Assembly: GCA_023458315.1 (NCBI GenBank)
Contig: JAEXAH010000019.1
Location: 1 to 32,000, forward strand
Origin: Pseudomonadota bacterium
GTDB lineage: Bacteria > Pseudomonadota > Alphaproteobacteria > Rhodospirillales > Magnetospirillaceae
Direction: 5' to 3'
DNA: 32,000 nucleotides
The translations under genes and the position numbers were made by a program. Position 1 is the stretch's first letter, and the number at the start of each line of letters is the position of its first letter. The notes beneath the pieces are model-generated. The model was not told the origin of the DNA. It searched no databases and was given only the letters and a program-made list of their open reading frames with translations. Positions 18,547-25,892 of this stretch are shown here, piece by piece.

Positions 18547-19246
18547 TCAACTCCAAAAATAATTGCTCAAGTGAGCTGTTTCCTCTTACTGTGTCGGTTT
18601 CACCGCTGGTAATGAGCTTGCCGTCCTTTATAATTGCTATTTTGTTGCAAAGTTTCTCCGCAACCTCTAGTACATGGGTTGAAAAGAATATGGCACTTCC
18701 CTGTCTGCATTTTTCTTTCATTATCTCTTTCAGAGTATGTGCTGCTTTTGGGTCAAGTCCAACAAAAGGTTCATCCATTATATACAGACTTGGGTTATGA
18801 ACCAGTGCCGAAATAATGGCAAGCTTTTGTTTCATACCATGGGAATAGGATGATATTAAATCGCCCAGACTCTCTGTAAGTTCCAGCATATCTGCGTACT
18901 CTTTAATAGATTTTTCTCTGTCTTTTGCTGAAATTAAGAAAACATCAGCAATAAAGTTGAGATATTGAATCCCTGTCATGTTTTCATAAAGATCAGGATT
19001 ATCAGGTATATACGCAATCATTCTTTTACATTCAAGGGGGTCTGTTTTTATGGATTTACCTCCTATGCGAATATCTCCCTCAGAGAATTCAAGAATGCCG
19101 GTAACACATTTAATAGTAGTTGTTTTTCCTGCACCATTGTGTCCTATAAAGCCATATATATCACCTTTTTGAATTTCCAATGTCAAATTGTCTACTGCCT
19201 TTTTACCGCCCTTATAAGTTTTTGATAAATTACTTATTGTAAGCAT
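18533..19246 (-). CDS. ABC transporter ATP-binding protein
   Basis: Walker A GHNGAGKTT, signature-like YSHGMKQKL, Walker B LYIMDEPFVGLD. Start at 19246 (MLTISNLSK) behind AAAGGTGAA. Confidence 0.9.
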   Translation of the reverse strand: MLTISNLSKTYKGGKKAVDNLTLEIQKGDIYGFIGHNGAGKTTTIKCVTGILEFSEGDIRIGGKSIKTDPLECKRMIAYIPDNPDLYENMTGIQYLNFIADVFLISAKDREKSIKEYADMLELTESLGDLISSYSHGMKQKLAIISALVHNPSLYIMDEPFVGLDPKAAHTLKEIMKEKCRQGSAIFFSTHVLEVAEKLCNKIAIIKDGKLITSGETDTVRGNSSLEQLFLELIDNE

Positions 19247-19454
19247 AATTTCACCTTTCATATAAGTTTTTATTGTTATAAAAATTATACTATATTTTAC
19301 TTGAATTATTAACTAAATATAATTTAATTATTGCCTCCTAAAGAAATATTTTCAAAATTGTAGATTTTTTTGTTTTCTTTTGTCATATTTTGTAGTAATA
19401 TATAATCAGAACGGCAAATTGTGTCATTTTTCTACATATTTTGAGGTATAAAAA

Positions 19455-20741
19455 ATGGATCAATACATACCGATTATAGATATTGTTATAGCCCTATCGA
19501 GTGCTATAGATTTGATAAACCCAAATATTTCAAATCATCACAAGAGAGTTGCATACATCTCTTATTGTATCGCTAAAGAAATGGGTTATTCAGAAAATGA
19601 GATAAAGGATTTAGTACTGGCCGGATTACTTCATGATTGCGGCGCAGTTAATTTGTTTGAAAGGAGTTCCATATTTGAATTTGAATTTGGTAATTCCAAT
19701 TCCGACAGACACTCCCATGGATATAAAGGTTGGTTTATTCTTCGTGACGCAGTGGAATTAAGGTCTGCTGCCAACATCATAAAATATCACCATGTTTTTT
19801 GGAATGAAATATCTCATAAGCGGTTTCAATCCTGCAAGATACCAGATTTCAGTCATATCCTCCATTTGGCAGACAGAATTGATATACTGATAAACCCTAA
19901 CCAGGAAATCTTGCAGCAGAAAAAATATATAAGTAAAATGATCCTCAAAGGTAAAGGGACAATGTTTATGCCCATGGCAGTCGATGCGTTTGAGAATCTA
20001 GCTTCAAAACCTTATTTTTGGTTTGATATTACCGAAACTTATCTCGAGGATCTGATACGCAAAATAATGTCACCATACAAGGTTTATATTAATAGTGAGT
20101 TTTTAATCCAATACGCAAATATCGCGCACAGAATTATAGATTTTAGAAGTAAATTTACAGCGACCCACTCAATAGGTGTAGCAGCAAGTGCAAGTGCTTT
20201 GGCCTCCAAGCTGGGGTTTTCCGCCTGCGACAGTAGATTGATGCATTCTGCAGGTTTGATGCATGATTTGGGAAAACTGTGTATCCCGGAGAGTATTTTA
20301 GAAAAACCCGGGCCCTTAGACCATTATGAGTTCAGCCTTATGAAAGCACATACATATCATACATACCGGATACTGGATTCAATTCCCGGTTTGGGAAAAG
20401 TACGTGATTGGGCTGCTTTCCACCATGAAAAGCTTGATGGTATGGGTTATCCCTTTGGTCTGGATACAAGAAGTCTTGACCTGGGTTCCAGAATATTGGC
20501 AGTAAGTGACATGTTTACAGCTCTTACTGAAGAAAGACCTTACAGACGTGCCATGTCCCTTAAAGACACGGTTAAGATTATTAATGAAGTAATTTCTCTT
20601 GATTATGATGTAAAGTATTGCTTAAACCAAAATATTGAGGAAATAAATGAGCTAAGACGTACCTCTCAGGAGATTGTTTTCAAAAGCTGTAATGAAATCT
20701 TTCCAGAGTTTGATGAAGAACCTAATCTTCATGCCTTGTAA
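19455..20741 (+). CDS. Tandem HD-domain protein; C-terminal half is a canonical HD-GYP (c-di-GMP phosphodiesterase family)
   Basis: First half has H..LLHDCG and YHHVFW but no GYP. Second half has HSIGV, GLMHDLGK and HHEKLDGMGYP. Confidence 0.8.
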   Translation: MDQYIPIIDIVIALSSAIDLINPNISNHHKRVAYISYCIAKEMGYSENEIKDLVLAGLLHDCGAVNLFERSSIFEFEFGNSNSDRHSHGYKGWFILRDAVELRSAANIIKYHHVFWNEISHKRFQSCKIPDFSHILHLADRIDILINPNQEILQQKKYISKMILKGKGTMFMPMAVDAFENLASKPYFWFDITETYLEDLIRKIMSPYKVYINSEFLIQYANIAHRIIDFRSKFTATHSIGVAASASALASKLGFSACDSRLMHSAGLMHDLGKLCIPESILEKPGPLDHYEFSLMKAHTYHTYRILDSIPGLGKVRDWAAFHHEKLDGMGYPFGLDTRSLDLGSRILAVSDMFTALTEERPYRRAMSLKDTVKIINEVISLDYDVKYCLNQNIEEINELRRTSQEIVFKSCNEIFPEFDEEPNLHAL

Positions 20742-20785
20742 TTTTATATTTGCAGATAATTAAAAATATCTATACATACTCCTTA

Positions 20786-20815
20786 GGACTTGTTAATAGC
20801 AAGTCCATTTTTTTT
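20786..20815 (+). terminator. Rho-independent terminator after the HD-GYP gene
   Basis: GGACTTG (20786-20792) pairs with CAAGTCC (20800-20806), followed by ATTTTTTTT. Confidence 0.7.
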
Positions 20816-20861
20816 GAAAAATACTGTTAACATATTACAAGTAATACGGTGTACTTTTTTG

Positions 20862-20890
20862 TTGACATTGGGCATGACCTATTGTAAAAT
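20862..20890 (+). promoter_or_regulatory. Sigma-A promoter for tRNA-Ser
   Basis: TTGACA (20862-20867), a 17-nt spacer, then TAAAAT (20885-20890), 37 nt upstream of the tRNA 5' end. Confidence 0.6.
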
Positions 20891-20927
20891 AATAAGGCAG
20901 CTTAAAAGCTGAACTGAATATTTTTAT

Positions 20928-21018
20928 GGAGAGATGGCTGAGCTGGTCTAAGGCGCACGACTGGAAATCGTGTGTGGGGTAAAACTCACCGTGGGTTCGA
21001 ATCCCACTCTCTCCGCCA
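20928..21018 (+). tRNA. tRNA-Ser, anticodon GGA, with encoded CCA
   Basis: 7-bp acceptor stem GGAGAGA/TCTCTCC. Anticodon stem CACGA/TCGTG with loop CTGGAAA. Long variable arm (class II tRNA), T-arm GGGTTCGAATCCC, discriminator G plus CCA. Total 91 nt. Confidence 0.9.
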
Positions 21019-21022
21019 AAAT

Positions 21023-21063
21023 AAAGGACTTTGCCGATTAAGGTAAAGTCCTTTTGCTTTTTT
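21023..21063 (+). terminator. Rho-independent terminator after tRNA-Ser
   Basis: 13-bp stem AAAGGACTTTGCC / GGTAAAGTCCTTT (one G-U pair) with a 6-nt loop, running into TTTTGCTTTTTT. Confidence 0.65.
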
Positions 21064-21071
21064 AGCGTATT

Positions 21072-21104
21072 TTATTGTGACATTATTGTGACATTTGTAA
21101 ATTA
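21072..21104. repeat. Exact tandem 11-mer (TTATTGTGACA x2) plus a degenerate third unit
   Basis: TTATTGTGACA occurs at 21072-21082 and 21083-21093, followed by TTTGTAAATTA. It lies directly after the tRNA terminator and overlaps the 3' end of the 61-aa ORF. Confidence 0.8.
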
Positions 21105-21268
21105 TCCATTATTGCTATACAAATACGCTTAAATTTAGGGTTAGTATCAGAGCTGTTTATCAATGATAAAATGCTATTTTTAATGTCGGCATCCTTCCTT
21201 ATCATTTTTTTGTCAAGAATTCCTAAAAGTGCCTTGATGTGTACTTCTAATTCTTCTAGATTACTCAT
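21083..21268 (-). CDS. Hypothetical small protein, 61 aa
   Basis: ATG at 21268 (MSNLEELEVH...) sits behind a GGAGGG SD. The protein looks helical and I recognise no motif. Confidence 0.45.
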   Translation of the reverse strand: MSNLEELEVHIKALLGILDKKMIRKDADIKNSILSLINSSDTNPKFKRICIAIMDNLQMSQ

Positions 21269-21644
21269 TACTATTCCCTCCAAATTTTACCGAACACATG
21301 TTCTTGACCTAAATTATAATATCATTCTGCATTTGTTTCAATACCCCCTTTAGAAATTTTAATGATTTAATTGATTAATTTAATAATATTACTCTCGAAA
21401 ATAAATTTCAATTAACACCATTTGCAACTGGAAGTTGAATTTTGATACTTTAGGACATTAGTACTATAAACTAATTTACATAAATTTAAAAACAATACGT
21501 TTTTTGTCTAAATCTTATCTGTTTTGTAATATAAATGTAATATTTGCTGGAAATTACGATAAGAGTAATTTTATTCATACCAAAGTAGTTAAACCCATAT
21601 AAGCGGTTATGTAGTGCTACAATATTCCATACGGGGGAACATAT

Positions 21645-21863
21645 ATGATCAAAATTTACTTATCCAGAATTCTTGGTGAAAAAAGAATAACCCAAAAGAA
21701 ACTCAGTAAATTAACTGATATACGCCCCGGTACAATAAACGCTTATTATCATGAATATATTCAAAGAATAAATGTTGCAGATCTAAATAAAATATGTAAG
21801 GCTCTTAATTGTAAGTTGTCTGATTTAATAGAATACATGCCTGATGACGATGGTGATAAATAA
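21645..21863 (+). CDS. XRE/Cro-C1-family helix-turn-helix regulator
   Basis: 72 aa. The HTH core ITQKKLSKLTDIRPGTINAYY followed by LNKICKALNCKLSDLIEY is typical of short Cro/CI-type proteins. GGGGGA SD upstream. Confidence 0.8.
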   Translation: MIKIYLSRILGEKRITQKKLSKLTDIRPGTINAYYHEYIQRINVADLNKICKALNCKLSDLIEYMPDDDGDK

Positions 21864-21917
21864 AACATTAATTTAAAAATATTGCATATGGTAAATTAAG
21901 TAATAAAATGTATTTCC

Positions 21918-22910
21918 TTAAGATACAAATTTTCTATGACTTATTTGAACTTCATCCACATTTAGGTCTGCGTATATCTGCGTAGTAGCAGGTGTAGTGT
22001 GTCCTAACATTTTCTGTACAGCTTGAATACTTGCTCCCGCGTTTACTGCTGTTGTAGCTGTTGTGTGTCTTAGCAGGTGCGGATGTACCGATTTAATTAT
22101 GCCTGCCATTGCTCCTAATTGATTAAATACTTTTTGATATCCCCTATGGCTTAAACGATTCATTGGTAATCGCAACCCAACAAAAAGTGCATTATTATTG
22201 TCTTTACGCAAGTCTAAATATCTCCACAAATGTACTTTTGCCCTGGCATTTAAAAAAACCGTTCTTTCTTTATTCCCTTTTCCTATTACATTAACAGAAC
22301 TCCTATTCCAATCGATATCATTTTTATTTAATTTGTACACTTCATCTAGTCGACAACCCGTTGAGTAAAAAAATTCAATCATTGCTTTTTCTCGTTGATT
22401 TCTGCAAGCCAACCTTAACATTTCAAGTTCTTCCTGAGACAGTGCCTTTCTAATTCGCTTTTCTTTTTTAGCCGGCTTTATCTTTCTCATAGGGCTTTTC
22501 ACAATGTAATCTTCCATTTCTAACCACGAGAAAAAGCTTTTCAATATGCTGATTTCTGTATCTAAAGTCGAATTTTTTATACCTGTAGAAGCATATTGAG
22601 CCAGGTATCTTCTTATGTCCATTACAGTAATATCTTCTATTCTTTTTTGTACTATTTTTGAAAATCTAGCTAAATGATGAGAATAGCTTTTTAATGTTTT
22701 TTGAGAAAGACCTTCAAGTTTTTTAGTTGAAATAAATAAAACAATTTTTTCCGGAATCCCTTCAAATGGTATAATAGCATTTTCAACTGGCTGCAGGTCA
22801 TAGTTATAGAGTTCTTCTTCTAAAATTACTTTAAGCTGAACGGCAACTTCCTGAGTAAGGAGATCAACTGCCTTACTCAGGATACGTATAATTACATCTT
22901 CTTTTACCAT
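21918..22910 (-). CDS. int: Tyrosine site-specific recombinase/integrase, XerC/D-like architecture
   Basis: N-terminal SAM-like domain (LSQKTLKSYSHHLARF...DIRRYL). Catalytic residues sit in TGCRLDEV (Arg I), HLLRHTTAT (His-x-x-Arg), LGHTT and TQIYA (Tyr). AGGAGGAG SD upstream. Confidence 0.9.
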   Translation of the reverse strand: MVKEDVIIRILSKAVDLLTQEVAVQLKVILEEELYNYDLQPVENAIIPFEGIPEKIVLFISTKKLEGLSQKTLKSYSHHLARFSKIVQKRIEDITVMDIRRYLAQYASTGIKNSTLDTEISILKSFFSWLEMEDYIVKSPMRKIKPAKKEKRIRKALSQEELEMLRLACRNQREKAMIEFFYSTGCRLDEVYKLNKNDIDWNRSSVNVIGKGNKERTVFLNARAKVHLWRYLDLRKDNNNALFVGLRLPMNRLSHRGYQKVFNQLGAMAGIIKSVHPHLLRHTTATTAVNAGASIQAVQKMLGHTTPATTQIYADLNVDEVQISHRKFVS

Positions 22911-22933
22911 TTATTTACTCCTCCTATTGCACG

Positions 22934-22964
22934 AAGATAAAAGACAAGATATAATTATCTTGTC
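22934..22964 (-). terminator. Terminator-like hairpin inside the recombinase leader
   Basis: Minus strand: GACAAGATA-ATTA-TATCTTGTC (perfect 9-bp stem) followed by TTTTATCTT, ending 24 nt before the int ATG. Confidence 0.5.
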
Positions 22965-23058
22965 CCACTCGTGGGACGCTGTAGGGGGTTGGTGTCTTAT
23001 CTTGCCGGATGTGCACCCATCCCCTTTTTATATGTCCTATATTTTATTTTCAAAATCA

Positions 23059-23087
23059 ATTATATAAGGATAAGCCAAAAAATTCAA
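23059..23087 (-). promoter_or_regulatory. Near-consensus sigma-A promoter upstream of the recombinase leader
   Basis: The minus strand reads TTGAAT (23087-23082), a 17-nt spacer, then TATAAT (23064-23059). Confidence 0.55.
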
Positions 23088-23130
23088 CAATATTTTCATA
23101 TTTTGGATAATAAAACAAGGAACCCCGATG

Positions 23131-23159
23131 AACAAAAATAAAAGCCCCTATTTAGGAGC
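23131..23159 (-). terminator. Terminator ending the FtsK / replication-relaxation operon
   Basis: Minus strand: AGCTCCTA..TAGGGGCT stem followed by TTTTATTTTTG, 40 nt past the stop of the 90-aa ORF. Confidence 0.5.
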
Positions 23160-23199
23160 TATAATGAAATGAATAAAATTAAATTAAAGGGCAATAATA

Positions 23200-23472
23200 T
23201 TATCTGAAACTAGATAAATATAAAACTTTGCATGAAGGTTGCGGAATTGATGGTTCTGCAACCTTCTTTTCATTATAAAAGCCACTATTGCAGCTATACC
23301 AAACCCAACTACCAAACAAGTAACCTAGATAATACCTACCCTTTCCAAATATGTTAATAATAAATGTCTTTTTCTTTTGCTTTTCTTGTCTACGTTTGAG
23401 CCTACGTTTTTGAATCTGTTCACGGTTTTTGATCTCGTTTCCTAATTGTTTTAATAATAAGTTCATTAACAT
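23200..23472 (-). CDS. Hypothetical protein, 90 aa: Lys/Arg-rich N-terminal half, aromatic-hydrophobic segment
   Basis: Strong GGGGAGGAAA SD precedes the ATG at 23472. It is the last gene of the operon and has no recognisable motif. Confidence 0.45.
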   Translation of the reverse strand: MLMNLLLKQLGNEIKNREQIQKRRLKRRQEKQKKKTFIINIFGKGRYYLGYLFGSWVWYSCNSGFYNEKKVAEPSIPQPSCKVLYLSSFR

Positions 23473-23505
23473 AAAAGTTTCCTCCCCTTCGTTATATATT
23501 TGCTT

Positions 23506-23691
23506 TTAAAAAAGCCGAGAGAAAAAATTTAAAATATTACTTATACTTTTGTTTACTGCATCGTCTTTAAATATTGCAGATATATCCATGTTCTTTATAT
23601 AAAACATCAAGGAAACTCCACCAATAGTAAGTAACCATGCAATTTTATTATTCATCTGTTTAGTAGCAGTTGATTCTATTTTATTAGCCAT
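23506..23691 (-). CDS. Small single-pass membrane protein, 61 aa
   Basis: One hydrophobic helix (IAWLLTIGGVSLMFYI). GGGGGA SD upstream; the start is 2 nt after the upstream stop. Confidence 0.45.
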   Translation of the reverse strand: MANKIESTATKQMNNKIAWLLTIGGVSLMFYIKNMDISAIFKDDAVNKSISNILNFFSRLF

Positions 23692-23693
23692 AC

Positions 23694-24266
23694 CTATATC
23701 CCCCTAAACAAGTTTCCAATACCGGATGTAGATTCAATGTTAACCGTCCTGAATTTAATGCCCGTTTTTGTAGGAACTACAACGTTCCTGTCGGTAACTA
23801 TAACTACACGCGGCATTAATTTAAACATGGCTTTTAGATCTGTATTTTTTACAAGGTCCTGGTATTTGTCAAAGTTGAATTTGTTATTTAAGTGGATTTC
23901 TAAAAAACACGGGAAAATAATACCATGATCATTTATATAAGCTAGTGCATCCGGCCGGATACTTTCGATGGGACATTCATTTTCCCATGATTCTACCGTG
24001 TAATATCGGGTTAATAGTACATATATCTGACTACGTATTAAGTCATGGTGTATCTGCACAGGCTTTTTATTGATGTAATAAGCAAAACTACTATCTATAG
24101 TGCTTCTGGTACGCTTAATAAAGCCTTGATTAAATAGATACAATAACCTATTATTGCAATACCTATATGATGCTTTATTGAAAAATATTTGATATATTTG
24201 TTTTGCAGTAGCAATATGGAAGTCTTCAAGAAAATTTAATATAGACTGGTCACGCTTAGTAATCAT
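23694..24266 (-). CDS. Replication-relaxation family protein (Pfam Replic_Relax-like winged helix)
   Basis: N-terminus ITKRDQSILNFLEDFHIATAKQIYQIFF...NNRLLYLFNQGFIKR follows the family pattern (R-D..IL.FL......T..QI..LFF....RRL..L...GLI.R). Its ATG overlaps the FtsK-like stop by 4 nt. Confidence 0.6.
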   Translation of the reverse strand: MITKRDQSILNFLEDFHIATAKQIYQIFFNKASYRYCNNRLLYLFNQGFIKRTRSTIDSSFAYYINKKPVQIHHDLIRSQIYVLLTRYYTVESWENECPIESIRPDALAYINDHGIIFPCFLEIHLNNKFNFDKYQDLVKNTDLKAMFKLMPRVVIVTDRNVVVPTKTGIKFRTVNIESTSGIGNLFRGI

Positions 24267-25546
24267 AGCAGACTCCTTTGATAAGGATTTTTATTATTAA
24301 GCCTAAATTGCTTTATTTTCTCCTGTCGTTCATTTCGCATATCCTCCTTGGTCTTATATGCCTTATGCTCTTTTAGCACCTTCTTGACGTCCTCAGGCTC
24401 GATATAAAGGCACTGTACTTCTTTAAACTCGCCAAGGTATTTCATGAGGCACCTACCTTGGTTTCTAATTTTTTCAGCACCATCAACGTCCAAAATTACC
24501 TCACTGTCTGTAGAAGTAACGGTTTTAAAAGCAATTCTGGTTGGCATGCTGCCTTTAATGGATCCGGATATAATTTTTACGTCAGGACGTTGCATGCTGG
24601 CAACATATAAAATACCAACCTTTCTATCCATTGCCACCCTTGTTCTGAATTTTTCCAATAAAGGCTTATATTCATCTTCTGCCAACCTTGCAAATTCATC
24701 TACTACAATAATTTTGTAGGGTAATGCTCGTTCAGGGTAATATTTATTCCAGACACTTAATTTTTGTATGTAGTGCTTATTTCTAACGCTTGCAAATAGT
24801 TTTAATCGCCTTTCTGATTCTTCTGCCATTTCATCAATCAGTTTTTCAAAGTCTAAAGGTTTTTCACCGTAAGACTTCACCTTTTTGCAGTCCTGGAATA
24901 TACCTAGTTCTACTGCCTGAAAATCAATTAAATGTATATCAATGTTGTGTTGGCTTATTAATAGTGATAAAAGTATTGTCCTCAATAAGCTTGATTTCCC
25001 ACTGTTTGGCTCTCCTGCTACTATTATTTGTGTCGCCTTGTCTATGTCAAAATAAAATTTTCCGTCATTTGTATAACCTATAAATACTTCAGTCGGTTCT
25101 CCACAGTCTTCATATTCATAGTCATATTTAGTTGATAGCTTCAAATGAATACACTTCATGATAAGATTCTTATTAAAACCAAATTCAATCTTGCAATTTA
25201 AGGCTTGTTCTAAGGCGGTTTGTTTGCGCTCAAAATCCTCTTGTGATAGTCCGTTTGGAAGTGATAAAACCAGAGTGGTATAATCATCAGATTTTTGTTC
25301 CTTGATTATTATAGGAGCTTTGTTCTCTTTATTTACTAAACCGCAATTCCGGAATAGATTATCATACACATTAGGTTTAAGTACTTTGTCTAATATTATT
25401 CCACCGCCTACCGTGCAAGCAGAAAAAAGTGCAAATTTACCGTCTGGTATATGCAAATGTCCAAGAGTTAAAGCCTGATTACATATGTACACGCCAAAAG
25501 TAAGTATTGCACTCTGATAAGTGAAATGATATTTATTTAATTCCAT
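24263..25546 (-). CDS. FtsK/SpoIIIE-family DNA translocase with N-terminal membrane anchor
   Basis: Two N-terminal hydrophobic segments, Walker A GEPNSGKSS, Walker B KIIVVDEFARL, downstream QRP motif (ASMQRPD). Start set at 25546 (MELNKY) behind AGGTGGTGGA. Confidence 0.8.
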   Translation of the reverse strand: MELNKYHFTYQSAILTFGVYICNQALTLGHLHIPDGKFALFSACTVGGGIILDKVLKPNVYDNLFRNCGLVNKENKAPIIIKEQKSDDYTTLVLSLPNGLSQEDFERKQTALEQALNCKIEFGFNKNLIMKCIHLKLSTKYDYEYEDCGEPTEVFIGYTNDGKFYFDIDKATQIIVAGEPNSGKSSLLRTILLSLLISQHNIDIHLIDFQAVELGIFQDCKKVKSYGEKPLDFEKLIDEMAEESERRLKLFASVRNKHYIQKLSVWNKYYPERALPYKIIVVDEFARLAEDEYKPLLEKFRTRVAMDRKVGILYVASMQRPDVKIISGSIKGSMPTRIAFKTVTSTDSEVILDVDGAEKIRNQGRCLMKYLGEFKEVQCLYIEPEDVKKVLKEHKAYKTKEDMRNERQEKIKQFRLNNKNPYQRSLL

Positions 25547-25653
25547 ATAATATTCCACCACCTATTCCAAATATAGTTCCTTAGTGTATCCTATAATAGA
25601 TTGTCTTAGGTGGCTTAAACACTCATAAAATCGGCATTTTTAAAAAAGCAAGT

Positions 25654-25707
25654 GGAGCGAGCGACCGAAGGGAGAGAGGGAACGAGGGACCGCCCGACCC
25701 GGGGCCG
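25654..25707. repeat. T-free GC-rich island with three 8-nt-phased AGGGA units
   Basis: 54 nt with no T on the plus strand and 41/54 G+C, inside AT-rich DNA. AGGGA occurs at 25669-73, 25677-81 and 25685-89 (8-mers CGAAGGGA, GAGAGGGA, ACGAGGGA). It is bracketed by an 8-bp inverted repeat: AAATCGGC at 25628-35 and GCCGATTT at 25704-11. Confidence 0.85.
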
Positions 25708-25709
25708 AT

Positions 25710-25892
25710 TTAGAAGGAAAATAGACTGGGATTATTATCATTTGCACTTTTACCAATGCTTTCCTGTTTTTGATTTCTTTTCATATCGTCAATAATTAAC
25801 TGTTTTATATATACAGATTCGCTTAGTTGTGATTTAACATGTTCGTATAACGCCTGTTCATCTCTTTTAAAACTAACACCTATCTTTGCCAT
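25710..25892 (-). CDS. ParR-like small DNA-binding protein (ribbon-helix-helix-like N-terminus)
   Basis: 60 aa. N-terminus MAKIGVSFKRDEQALYEHV has the beta-strand then helix pattern of RHH/ParR adaptors. It overlaps the ParM-like stop by 13 nt, the classic parM-parR order. Confidence 0.45.
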   Translation of the reverse strand: MAKIGVSFKRDEQALYEHVKSQLSESVYIKQLIIDDMKRNQKQESIGKSANDNNPSLFSF

